From: Octopus bimaculoides
Lineage: Eukaryota
Reading direction: 5' to 3'
Assembly (NCBI RefSeq): GCF_001194135.2
Contig: NC_068998.1
Coordinates: forward strand, 5,714,075 to 5,756,260
DNA length: 42,186 nucleotides
Part shown: in pieces, positions 1-11,762 of the stretch
Layout: each line of letters starts with the position of its first letter
How positions within the stretch are numbered: the first letter of the stretch is position 1
Translations under genes and position numbers: made by a program
The notes under the pieces: generated by a model
The model's input: the letters and a program-made list of their open reading frames with translations, nothing else
Databases searched by the model: none
Told to the model about the DNA's origin: nothing

Positions 1-39
<39 letters not shown>

Positions 40-458
40 TATCCAACTTGAGTGACACTTCCGAAAGTAAACAAGCTTACACGTTTAATATCTAATATAT
101 ATCGTCGCCATTGCGCGGCTTCCAATGGGAGAAGGCAGCAAAACGGGAAAAAAAAAAAAAACGCAGTCCATTACGTGTTAACTTGTTATGCAAACAGTCA
201 GTTACCTGAGCTAAACAGAAATTAAATCAAACAGGATGCCTATGACTAACAGTTCAAGAATTCTTTTTCATTATTTTCTCCTTCTTTAAACTTCTTCATT
301 TTCCGTTAGCAAAATGTCACGTAGCTATGTGAAATGGACAGCTGGGCCAGGAGGCCCAGTCGTGCTTTCGCGGTGCCGCCATATTTAATCCACCGTTATG
401 AAATGTTATATGTATGTATAAATGTATGTATGTCTTCGTGCAAATATGTGCGTTTGTG

Positions 459-605
459 AAGGCATGAGGCTTAGTGGCTAGTATGTTCGGCTCACATCGT
501 GAGTTCGATTCCAAGCAGTGCCTTATGTCCTTGAGCGAAACACTATATTTCACGTTACGCCAGTTCACTCGGCGGGTAAAAGTGAGTTGTACCTGTAATT
601 ACAAT
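459..605 (+). mobile_element. SINE family C (GGCTTAGTGG A-box, GAGTTCGATTCC B-box)
   Basis: Pol III A and B boxes plus the shared TGTCCTTGAGCAAGACAC segment seen in other copies. Confidence 0.75.
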
Positions 606-620
606 TTCAGGATTATTATA

Positions 621-834
621 AGGCGGCGAGCTGGCAGAATCGTTAGGACGCCGGGCGAAATGCTTAGCAGTCTGCCTTTACGTTCTGAGTTCAGATTCCG
701 CCGAGGTCGACTTTGTCTTTCATCCTTTCGGGGGTTGATAAATTAAGTACCAGTGATACACTGAAGCCGATGTAATCGACTAGTCACCTCCCCCAAAACT
801 TCAGGCATTGTGCCAATAGTAACAAAGGATTATT
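621..834 (+). mobile_element. SINE family A (GGCGGCGAGCTGGCAGAA head)
   Basis: Homologous to about 10 other copies in the window. It has a B-box-like GAGTTCA(A/G)ATTCC and the shared GTCGACTTTGCCTTTCATCC segment. Confidence 0.8.
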
Positions 835-1552
835 AGATTAATAAACAAATTACGATCAGATTATTTTAAAATACCTTAAGAAGCGAATTATCATGCAGAA
901 AATCGGCTTCTGTTAATGACTTTTCAATGAATTTATGTATTCGACGTCTCACTGCAAAAATAAACGAAAGATCTGTCTTAGAGGTCGTTCACCTCTCTTC
1001 CATAACTTTTCTTGTCGTGCCACCCGCTTTTTACCTGATTCATGATGTAATTCTTTGTCGGAAGGGTAAGTGTTATGTCATAGCAGCTGCTGCAACAACA
1101 ATAATATTTTATATCGTTTAGAATATTTTAGTTTTGTGAATTATTTTTGGGTATGCAGAGTTTGTGGTTAATTTAGCATAAGGACACATAAGCATATCCA
1201 CGCCTGCGTCACAAAATCTTAAAATTCACTAAAAAATATTAAAACTCATTCAAAATTACAATCTTGAAGCAGAATTTTTTCCGCCCATCACCTATAATAA
1301 AATAATAATATTGGCGTTGCAACTGTTCTGACATAATCCTGCAGACTCAAGAAGCAATTGTTTCATGCATAAGGCACAATACATACCAAGATTACGGGAA
1401 ACTGTGTCAAGAAGAAAAAACAAAAGAAAAGAAAAAAAGAAATGAAACGAGTGTGTCAACGACCTTTCAGTAGCGCAGATCTTGCGTTTATTTTTACAAA
1501 GATAGTGTATATGTGCGTGTGTGCGTGCGTGTGTGTGTGTGTGTGTGTGTAC

Positions 1553-1700
1553 GTAGGAGTGGCTGTGTGGTAAGTAGCTTGCTTACCAACCACATTGTTC
1601 CGGGTTCAGTCCCACTGCGTGGCACCTTGAGCAAGTGTCTTCTACTATAGTCTCGGGCAGACTAAAGCCTTGTGAGTGAATTTGGGAGACGGAAACTAGA
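1553..1700 (+). mobile_element. SINE family B (GTGGCTGTGTGGTAAG head); repeated at 1995-2142 across a gap
   Basis: tRNA-like head with GGGTTCAGTCCC B-box, and the shared CCTTGTGAGTG..GGAAACT segment. Confidence 0.85.
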
Positions 1701-1962
1701 TGTATGTATGTATGTATTTGTGTGTATGTGTGTATCTACATATGTAAGTATTTATATACCTATGTATGTTTATATGTATCTACATATGTATATATGTGNN
1801 NNNNNNNNNNNNNNNNNNNNNNNNNNNNNNNNNNNNNNNNNNNNNNNNNNNNNNNNNNNNNNNNNNNNNNNNNNNNNNNNNNNNNNNNNNNNNNNNNNNN
1901 NNNNNNNNNNNNNNNNNNNNCAGATCTTGCGTTTATTTTTACAAAGATAGTGTATATGTGCG

Positions 1963-1993
<31 letters not shown>

Positions 1994-2996
1994 ACGTAGG
2001 AGTGGCTGTGTGGTAAGTAGCTTGCTTACCAACCACATTGTTCCGGGTTCAGTCCCACTGCGTGGCACCTTGAGCAAGTGTCTTCTACTATAGTCTCGGG
2101 CAGACTAAAGCCTTGTGAGTGAATTTGGGAGACGGAAACTAGATGTATGTATGTATGTATTTGTGTGTATGTGTGTATCTACATATGTAAGTATTTATAT
2201 ACCTATGTATGTTTATATGTATCTACATATGTATATATGTGTATGTGCGTATGTCTGACAGTCCGTGAATAATCTTATGTTGTGTCGTATAAGTATTTCT
2301 CAGCAATAATCGCACAAAATATTACGCAAAACAAATTTCAGGTTATTCCATTTTTTTTTTCTTTCTGAGGAGCACTCGTATTTGTCAATCTGTGAGACAC
2401 CTCTTTATGTAGGTTTCTGAAAGGTGTTGTAACTGTTAAAACCCACGTTCTTCTTCATAACAATTCGTTTCACACCTGTATTCTTCCAAAGCCTTTATAG
2501 CTACTGCTAAGGTTTCTTTTGTTGTTGACGGTTCGCTGCTAAAAATTATACCTTATTCAAACATTTTGTTATTTTTGGTCACAGTTTGTTATTTTATGTA
2601 CGAAATTTACGAAGTATTTTAACGAATACGTTTATCTATCACGTAATCATTTGACTGTCCGCCATTTTTTTTTTAAATAAGAAATCTTCTTATGACAGTG
2701 AAATAAGCTGATTTTTTCGAATAGATTGTTTCTTTTTATCTCGCGAATATCGCTGTTTTCGTAAGTGGCTTCAGGTAAATAAAAGGTTGAGAATAAAAGG
2801 TGATATAACAAAGATATGAAGTGGCTGGTCATTGGAGAGAGAGGGATGTTTAATGAATTGAAAGAGCATGAAAAGAAAAGCAAAATAGTGAAAGTGTAAA
2901 AGAAACGGAAAATAAAAAAAGTACATAGAAAAATGTTTTGAGGACTTTACTGCACGTACATAGGTGTAAATCTATTTATACACAAAAACACTATGA

Positions 2997-3035
<39 letters not shown>

Positions 3036-3804
3036 GTGTGTATATATACATACACACACACACATATGAACATATACGTATGTACACACACACATATATA
3101 CACACACATATAAACATATACGTATACACATACATATATATATACACACATATAAACATATATGTATACACACACATATATATATATATATATACATACA
3201 CATATAAACATATACGTATACACACACACACACACACACACATATCCTACAAAAGGATATAAATATATAAACACTACACACACACACATACATACATACA
3301 CACACACAACAGCTACAAAATGTCATAACGATGCTTAANNNNNNNNNNNNNNNNNNNNNNNNNNNNNNNNNNNNNNNNNNNNNNNNNNNNNNNNNNNNNN
3401 NNNNNNNNNNNNNNNNNNNNNNNNNNNNNNNNNNNNNNNNNNNNNNNNNNNNNNNNNNNNNNNNNNNNNNNNNNNNNNNNNNNNNNNNNNNNNNNNNNNN
3501 NNNNNNNNNNNNNNNNNNNNNNNNNNNNNNNNNNNNNNNNNNNNNNNNNNNNNNNNNNNNNNNNNATCTAGCAACCATACACACACACGTTGTGGTAGTT
3601 ATTGATCCGCAAGCAAATGCGCATATATACATACGTACACACATATACGTACATATACACATGCATACATATATATGTGTGTATGTATGTGTGTGCGCGT
3701 GTACGTGAGTCGTCTGAGAGACTAGAAGTCAAAGAACAGATGCACTCGTATATCTGTCAATAGAGTGGGTACCCGAAATGTACAGTATTATATATCCATC
3801 ACAT

Positions 3805-3893
3805 GCTCTTACCAATCGGTTTCACGCAAGGAATACAATGGAATGTTAGGTAACAATCCGATTATATAACCTTACGCTCATCAGAGTTAGCCG
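3805..3893 (-). ncRNA. Type I hammerhead ribozyme motif (PLE-associated), intact core
   Basis: Minus strand reads CGGCUAACU-CUGAUGA-GCGUAAGG-(38 nt)-CCUUGCGU-GAAA-CC-GAUU-GG-UA^AGAGC. The CUGANGA and GAAA cores are exact. Stem II is 8 bp with 2 G.U pairs, stem III is 3 bp, and stem I is bulged. Predicted cleavage is between 3810 and 3809. Confidence 0.75.
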
Positions 3894-4092
3894 ATATGGA
3901 AGGGAATATGGCGACTGCTCTGTATTGTCGGAGTTGGATTAACACATCCGGTTTTTCACAGCAGCCTCAAACCGGACGAGTTAATCCACCTCCGACAATA
4001 GAGAGCAGTTGCCATATTTCCTTCCCTATCGGCTGACTCTGATAAGCGTAAGGTTATATAATCGGATTGTTATCTAACAGTCCATTGTATTC
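3831..4092. repeat. Long inverted repeat (124-bp arms, 14-nt loop)
   Basis: 3831-3954 is the reverse complement of 3969-4092 with 11 substitutions and no indels by manual alignment. The loop is TTCACAGCAGCCTC. Confidence 0.95.
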
Positions 4093-5155
4093 TCTGCTTT
4101 AGGAACAAATGTTCAAAATATCAGATTTCCTTTCTCTGTCAATGCACTAGAAAGACTTCAGCCTAATTCCGATTGAATAAGGAAAATACATTTAAGAAAT
4201 ATAAACCACAACTGAATACCTTATAACAACACACCAGGATGAGAAAATACAATTTATTCATGAAAATCGACCAGAACAACAGGTGTAAATAAAAAGCTAC
4301 CTCTGGGGTTCAAAACCCTACCTCCAAACTGCTGCACAATAACACCTTACACCTTCTCAAGCACGAGTTTCTGATGTTACCCTAAGCTGAACCAATGAGA
4401 TTGTTTTCGGGTCCCCAGAAAGAAAAATATAAATATTGAATTGACCGAACTAGTGCTTTCTGAAGAGAATTAACCAATCGGAACGCTGGGTGACCATCAA
4501 GCAAGATCAAGTTACCAAGTCCTTTGTCAACAACAAAATGATGCAAGTAGAAAACCAACTAACCTCAGTGCAGGTCAAGAATAAAAGGTTAAAACATTCA
4601 ACAAACAAATGACATCACCAGGAAATCAACCAGCTAGAACGCTAGATTACAGCCAAAACAAAAAAAATATTATAGCCAATCAGAACTTGATCTTTTACCA
4701 TAAAACTATACATATATAAAGCAATTTTAACTTATTTTGAACTCTTATCAGCAAGACCAGCGGCAGAGAACCCTCCTTCATGCACTTTAACGGTAATTGT
4801 AAAAAAAAACCTTTTTTCTTTCTTTCATTTTCTATTTCCTCTTACTCTTTTTTTTAAAACCTCATTGTATCTAATTGTTAATATAACCCATTACTACTGA
4901 ATTTCCAATCATGTATAACTGTTATAGATTTGAACTTGTATTACTGTTACTCTCTATGAAACTCATTGGAAATCGTATGAACATTTGATCTCTTACGCAT
5001 GAATTTTCCCTGGTAACTTTAACCTCTCCTAAAGCCTTCTATTATCTATTTTCTTGTTTTACCATTGATAGACGAAAACTTGTCAAAACCAGTTTGGTAT
5101 TTTAACAAATCTGTTTCAGAATCTCAAAGTGACTACACATTTTGAGATTCGGGTG
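4093..5155 (+). mobile_element. 5'-truncated Penelope-like element: GIY-YIG C-terminus plus 3' terminal (pLTR-like) region
   Basis: 4143-4226 translates as CTRKTSA*FRLNKENTFKKYKPQLNTL*, matching the R..KE..(FI)..YKP.LN end of PLE endonucleases. Downstream are CCAAT motifs, TATATAAA at 4713 and a decayed hammerhead-like motif at 5065-5100. Confidence 0.6.
4143..4226 (+). pseudogene. PLE GIY-YIG endonuclease C-terminal remnant
   Basis: Peptide FRLNKENTFKKYKPQLNTL* with an in-frame stop upstream at 4164 and apparent frameshifts further 5'. Confidence 0.6.
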
Positions 5156-5160
5156 CATTT

Positions 5161-5324
5161 TCACACTCTCTATTCTCTCTCTGTTTTTTTTCTCTTATTC
5201 CTTTCTGTTGAAGAGCATAGGCTCGAAACGTAAAAGACTTTTTCACTTTCCCGAGCTTCAAACTAATACACCTGCTTGTTGTTCATACGCCTGACTTCGT
5301 CTTTTGTTTTTCTGTAAATTTCAA

Positions 5325-5330
<6 letters not shown>
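5161..5330 (+). mobile_element. Short PLE-terminus-like repeat carrying a minimal hammerhead motif, next to (AT)n
   Basis: Homologous to the minus-strand copy at about 27297-27422. It contains CTTT-CTGTTGA-A-GAGC-ATAG-GCTC-GAAA-CG-TA-AAAG. Confidence 0.6.
5201..5236 (+). ncRNA. Minimal type I hammerhead-like motif with variant core CUGUUGA
   Basis: Stem I is CUUU/AAAG and stem II is GAGC/GCUC. GAAA is followed by the palindrome ACGU in place of stem III. Core position A6 is U. Confidence 0.55.
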
Positions 5331-5363
<33 letters not shown>

Positions 5364-6840
5364 GAAATTAAAAGTTATGGCTGGTCATAGAGTGACCATT
5401 GGTTTCCTATATAGAGCTTACCAGTATAGGGGTCTTATCAGACTCAAATGGTTGAAGGCGCATAACCTCACTAGAACTGAAGGAAAAAATCCTAAAAACT
5501 CGCTCGACCCAGGGACATTTTTAAACTCCAGGAAGAAAGTATTCAGTCAATGCCCACATCTAAAACGTTCCCTACTTCAGGCTTGGAATTTTTCCCACTG
5601 TGTTAACGATTCTGCCAGATTGCTGCATTAATTAAACAAAAAGTATTTGAAGTCATTAATTTGTTGACAATATATGTTGTGTAATAAATGAGGACACAAT
5701 TTATGTCATGGAATTACAGATATGTGAAAACAAAACCATTGCTTTATTCAATATCTTTGTAACAATGAAACAGAAACAAAACAAACAAGCAAAACACACA
5801 CACACACACACACATATCTATTACATTTTGTTTACTGTGATTTTGTATTTTCCTGTGACGTCTTTCTCTCCACCTCTGGATTCCAACATTCAACTACCCG
5901 TCCCCAGCCATCAAGCCAGAAATAACATCCAAATTGCTCATAAAACACATCCAAGTATATTTCGAAATAAATGGAAGAATGCATGGGATAATGTCTTTGC
6001 TATTGTTTGGATTTCCAAGGGGTTAAGAACCTGGACGAGGTGACGAAAAGCATGACCAGTCTTACCCAGAAATGCACCGAAGTAAAGCTGTCCCCCGAAA
6101 GGTTGGGCAGAAATAGCAAATGCCTACATTACNNNNNNNNNNNNNNNNNNNNNNNNNNNNNNNNNNNNNNNNNNNNNNNNNNNNNNNNNNNNNNNNNNNN
6201 NNNNNNNNNNNNNNNNNNNNNNNNNNNNNNNNNNNNNNNNNNNNNNNNNNNNNNNNNNNNNNNNNNNNNNNNNNNNNNNNNNNNNNNNNNNNNNNNNNNN
6301 NNNNNATATGCAAACACAAGCTGAGGTTGTGCAACCGGCAACGTTTTCCTGGACGGCGGACATGTGTGGCCTCCGTTTGTGAGGAACGTCTCTCCGCAGC
6401 TCATTTCCTCAACGGAGCTGCATTCCGGGGCGAAAGAAAGACTGAGACCGGACGCCTGGGCTTTAGAATATCGCCAGGTGCTCACAACCCTCTACCAGTC
6501 GGAAAATGGGATCACTGGATATTCTGTTTTAACAACATATAGAGGATTAGTGGCGGTGGGGGGGGGAGTGATGTTATTGTGGGTGACTCCTGGGCAACGA
6601 TGAAAACGAACTGACAAGTCACCCTTTCAAGGGCGATAAAATAAAGTCCTAATTGAACACTGAGGCTAATATGGTTACCTAAGCAATGGAAACTGTTCAC
6701 TACTTCTAAGGATACCCCTGAACATTTAAGGAAATCTATTTCCTGTACATTCTTCGTGTTCATTGTATATGCATATTTGCCACTCATAATGACCACACAC
6801 ACACACACGCATATACATATATATACGCACACATACAAAC

Positions 6841-6962
6841 TAGTACATATTTTTTATTGATCCTGAAACGATGAAAGGCGAAGTCGACTTTGGCGGTATT
6901 TGAACTCAGAACATAAAGCCTATTAGTCCGGTGAGTTATCGATTCTGCCAGTTCGACACCTC
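6841..6962 (-). mobile_element. SINE family A, partial
   Basis: Reverse complement aligns to 621-750. Confidence 0.7.
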
Positions 6963-7323
6963 AGATGCAATAAATAATTCTATGGTGTAATTTACAAAAA
7001 AAAGACAAAAAAAAATGAGTGCAGACTGTCAGCAGTCGGTCAGTGAAATTAAATTTCGTTTAAAAGTTCTCTTCTCATTTCAGAGCTGATGCAATCCGAT
7101 CTACTTATTGCATCGGGCTGTCTCACTAAATAGCAATGACTGAACGAATGCTTCCAGACGTGTCTCAGGAAGTCTTATATACAACAGCAACAGGGATTTA
7201 AATGGTTATTTAACATTGTTGGCTCAAGGAATTACATTTGTCAAATGGAGTAGGAAGAGGGGAAGTAGAGGGGGAGAGTCGNNNNNNNNNNGGAAGTAGA
7301 GGGGGAGAGTCGTTGCCATTGCC

Positions 7324-7412
7324 TTCTTCTTTTTCTTCTTCTTCTTCTTCTTCTTCTTCTTCTTCTTCTTCTTCTTCTTCTTCTTCTTCTTCTCCTCCTC
7401 CTCCTCCTCCTC
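7324..7412. repeat. (CTT)n/(CCT)n microsatellite
   Basis: Seen directly. It explains the poly-Ser and poly-Arg ORFs. Confidence 0.95.
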
Positions 7413-9376
7413 ATTCTTCTCCCCATGGAGATAACTCTGCCTTTTGTCCTATCGAGATCTACAAAATAAAGTACCACTCCACAGCAATGGATTAATGGAA
7501 TTCTGCATCGGACAAAATGTCCTGCAGTAAAGAAACCAATATTAGCTGCCAAACGGCGAGGGAGTGTAACGAACACTAACACACACACGTGTGTGTGCGT
7601 GTGTGTGTGTGTGTGTGTGGCTTAGTCGTTAGGGTGTTGTACGCATGATCGCATGATCGTGGTTTCGCTTCCCAGGCTGGCGGCGCGTTAACCCAAGTAC
7701 AAATGGTTAACCCTGCAAGAGACCGGCGTTCCAGTCACAGGGAATGTTGGCCAGCCCGCCTACCCAGCAATGCAGGGAAGCACACTGTGACCAGTGCTGT
7801 GTAACAAAACATAAAATAATAATAATTATTATTATATTTGTACATTAATCAAGTCAGATAAATCCAATAATGGAGAGGCGATGTTTCAAATCAATCCAAA
7901 AATGTTTCATGCTCGTTCGTTTTGGCGATAAAGTTTTTCAGGAGGAAGTTCAAAGCGTTTTTATTGTCCCCTCGCCAAAAAATTTTAGTGGATACGCTTG
8001 CAATCCCTGCACCACCTGTTCCCGAGCCAATGCGCTCGAATGATTCTACCGATCTGCTGCATTTTATGCTTTACCGTAAAAAAAAAAAAAAACAGAACGG
8101 AAGAAGGTTTTGAAGACTGGAAGAAAACAGCGTAGAGTCCAACATATGCCGTCTTCTAAAAAAGAAAAAGAGGACAGGGAGAGAGAAAGGGGGAGAGAAA
8201 AGGGAGAGAGAAAGGGAATAAGAGAAAGAAAAGGAAGAGAGAAAGGGAATAAGAGAAAGAAAATAGTAAAGAAATCGAGAGAGAAAGGAGAAAGAAAAAG
8301 GGAAAGAGAGAGAGAGAAGATGGTTGAGGTGAAATAGCTTTGATCATAAGACCTGTTCAATCACGGTCGACTTGGGGTTAAACAACAACAATAATAACGA
8401 CAACAACAACCATAATAAAAAGACGTCAAATGAATCAATTCACCACAGCCGGTGATAGACGGGAATTGCACCCGTTGAATCATTAGTCCGGATTTTATTT
8501 TCCTTGAGAAATATACATCAAAACTACAAGATAGGAGTTATCTCCCTGGTACATGGCTATCAGGGAGGTGTGAATTGTGGTTTTGTTTGTTATTTACTGT
8601 TGCAAAATAATATTGAACACATCGCCAGCCGTGGTTTTATTAGGGGGGAAAAATAACTTTAAAAATAAGACATTATCTGTTAACAACCTTGACGTTTCAT
8701 TTCAATATTTATATCTACATGAGCACACACGCCACCATATAACCATATACCGCACACATACACACATTAATATATATCTCTGTATATAAATAAATACATA
8801 TATATAGATAGATATAAATTATATATACATATATCGACATATACATCTTTATATCTATTTGTCTGTCTGTTTGTCTTTCACTCTTTCTACTCACGCAGAC
8901 GAACACATATATCTATTTATTTCTCCCTGACTACCGACATATAGAGATACAATACATACACACACACATACACACATACTTGCTGTATATACATCTATCT
9001 TACTATGTACTGGGATTATGATGTTTAAAACGGCGTCGAAGAAGCATTTCAACAACTTCGTTTCGACGGGTAAGTGTTCACTTAATAATATATATTTAAT
9101 AGACTTCTCTCTCTCTCTCTCGGTACCCCACATTGCATTGTCCTGTACCGTCCCCAATGTTTCTTTTTTTTTTTTGCGAACCCTTTAAAGGTTAATAACG
9201 AAAACATTATTATCCATTTTATTTTTATTATTAATTGTAGAATGTACATGTGGTGCCGCATCGTATGTGCTCCCTTAGAAATTAAAACAAATTATCATTC
9301 TTCTTCTTCGGGGTAACCGTGGTTTTGCGAAGGTTTCCCACGCGTAACCCTCAAATGTCCCCTTATGGTGGTGGAG

Positions 9377-9412
<36 letters not shown>

Positions 9413-10054
9413 TCAACAACAATAATAATTATTCATTGTTACTCTTCTTGCCATACTATTTCTCTATTTGCGCGCTCCTTTCATTTAACCCCCACATTAT
9501 TTTTAAAGTCCTGTGATATCTTCGTTCTCTTTTATAAACCCTTAGGGGTCAGTTCATCATTATTTACTGCCCTCTGTCTTTGTATTGTCCTAAATGTTTT
9601 TGCGGCCCTTGTGGCCGATAAAGAATTATTATTATTATTATAATTATTAAGGTGGATGATAGTGATGATGATGATGAGGTGAAAAACGTCGATTGAGACG
9701 ATGAAAGCATTTTAAATACGTGTATATATGCATGTATATGCTTTGTCACTTGTATGTTTGCCGTATTTCATATATACATATATATACACTCACACACAGC
9801 TTACTGTGTGTGTTGTGCTGTATACACACGCACATGCAATTAGTACACACATATATATATATATCGTTATGCAAATAGTGATACGTATTGAAAGAGTGTA
9901 TATTCTACATTATGTATGTTTATGGAGGGTCTATATATATAATATATATACACTAAACATGAGTACATCCTTAGCTTTCACCTCACGTTAGCGTCGTTGA
10001 CTTTCTCTTTTGCTTCAATGTATATATTATACTGCATGTATACATATCTTTACG

Positions 10055-10101
<47 letters not shown>

Positions 10102-10159
10102 CATTTGTATACCTGTACCTACGGCAAACATACAAGTGACAAAGCACACACACACACAC

Positions 10160-10194
<35 letters not shown>

Positions 10195-11507
10195 NNNNNN
10201 NNNNNNNNNNNNNNNNNNNNNNNNNNNNNNNNNNNNNNNNNNNNNNNNNNNNNNNNNNNNNNNNNNNNNNNNNNNNNNNNNNNNNNNNNNNNNNNNNNNN
10301 NNNNNNNNNNNNNNNNNNNNNNNNNNNNNNNNNNNNNNNNNNNNNNNNNNNNNNNNNNNNNNNNNNNNNNNNNNNNNNNNNNNNNNNNNNNNNNNNNNNN
10401 NNNNNNNNNNNNNNNNNNNNNNNNNNNNNNNNNNNNNNNNNNNNNNNNNNNNNNNNNNNNNNNNNNNNNNNNNNNNNNNNNNNNNNNNNNNNNNNNNNNN
10501 NNNNNNNNNNNNNNNNNNNNNNNNNNNNNNNNNNNNNNNNNNNNNNNNNNNNNNNNNNNNNNNNNNNNNNNNNNNNNNNNNNNNNNNNNNNNNNNNNNNN
10601 NNNNNNNNNNNGTAAAGACAGATAGATGGGTAAATACGTAGAATGCTATATGGAAACATATTAATATATATTTATATATATACATAGTCATACATATATT
10701 GTTTACAAACGAAGAGTACGCAACACACTTCTGAAGTTTATCTATGTATGTATATATGTATCTATCTATCTATCTGTATATCTATGTATTTATCTCTCTC
10801 TATGTCTACCTGTATATCTATCTATGGAAAGATTTTCGCCCGTCCCCCCATATTTTCTCCCAAATTTGCTTTTAGTTAAAAAATTCTTTTGCCAAAAATC
10901 CCCGTTTTCGGATACAGAGGTTCCGGAAAATTGCCAAAAATCGGCATTGTGAAAAATTTCCCCACCAACTTCTTCAATTTTGACTTTCTTCCCCAATACT
11001 AACCATAAAACCCTAATCTTCTATATGTCTATCTATTTATTTATCTATCTATCTGTCAGCTTGTATGTGAGTGTTTTTTATAGGATGCATTCGTTCGATA
11101 ATTGTTAATATTTAACCCTAGGCAGGCCTGTGTTTCGTTGCTGGGTTGTTTAACCCCCAGATCAGTCCTCACCATTCCTGCCGTTGTGCCATGTCATCCA
11201 TCGAGATGTGAGACCCTAATTATTCAATATCTTTTCGTTTTAAAGACAGTATGGTGTGTGATTTTGATAAGATTAGGCTGCTATTTCTAGCAAATTGCTT
11301 TTGATTTTACTGTTTTTGTTAATCAGTGAGGAGCAAGGAAGGATGGAGGATTAGGGTATAACATATATAAATGTTGTCTGTATACACGAATGTATTTGTG
11401 TGGATATATGTTTGTTGGTATGTATGTGCGTAGAGGATATAGATTTGTATGTATGTGTCCATGTGTGGGTGTATATATGTATATGCATATGTGTGTGAGT
11501 ATATATT

Positions 11508-11586
<79 letters not shown>

Positions 11587-11706
11587 GTGCGTGTGGTTGT
11601 CCGTGTACATTAACATTTGTTTATGTATGTGTATGTATAGTTGTGTATATGTGTGCACGTGTGGGGGCGTATATGTGTGTATATGTATCTCTAGGTTTAT
11701 ATTTGA

Positions 11707-11762
<56 letters not shown>

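Noticed and set aside
317-390. Minus-strand AATATGGCGGC (YY1-like / start-codon context) and short ORF MAAPRKHDW..
   Set aside because: The frame stops after 21 codons with no clear donor site; a single motif is not enough.
1035-1089. Possible 55-nt minus-strand exon (TTGCAG|..AATCAG|GTAAAA; SCYDITLTLPTKNYIMNQ)
   Set aside because: Splice signals are plausible, but the peptide is unrecognised and no partner exons were found. Spliced RNA-seq reads would be needed.
1476-2241. About 320-bp direct repeat (1476-1798 and 1921-2241)
   Set aside because: Near-identical copies on either side of an N-gap, differing only in microsatellite length. The same pattern occurs at the 7282 and 11831 gaps, so this is a scaffolding overlap artefact.
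2725-2775. Possible plus-strand exon encoding hydrophobic IVSFYLANIAVFVSGF before CAG|GTAAAT
   Set aside because: T-rich DNA readily gives hydrophobic peptides, and no homology was recognised.
3754-3785. Plus-strand GGG-TA-CCC-GAAA-TG-TA-CAG resembling a minimal hammerhead
   Set aside because: No acceptable CUGANGA core upstream (at least 2-3 mismatches).
7085-7120. Hairpin CTGATGCAAT/ATTGCATCGG as a possible pre-miRNA
   Set aside because: The stem is too short for a 22-nt duplex and the seed matches no miRNA family I know. Similar short stems at 20579-20596 and 21090-21115 were dropped for the same reason.
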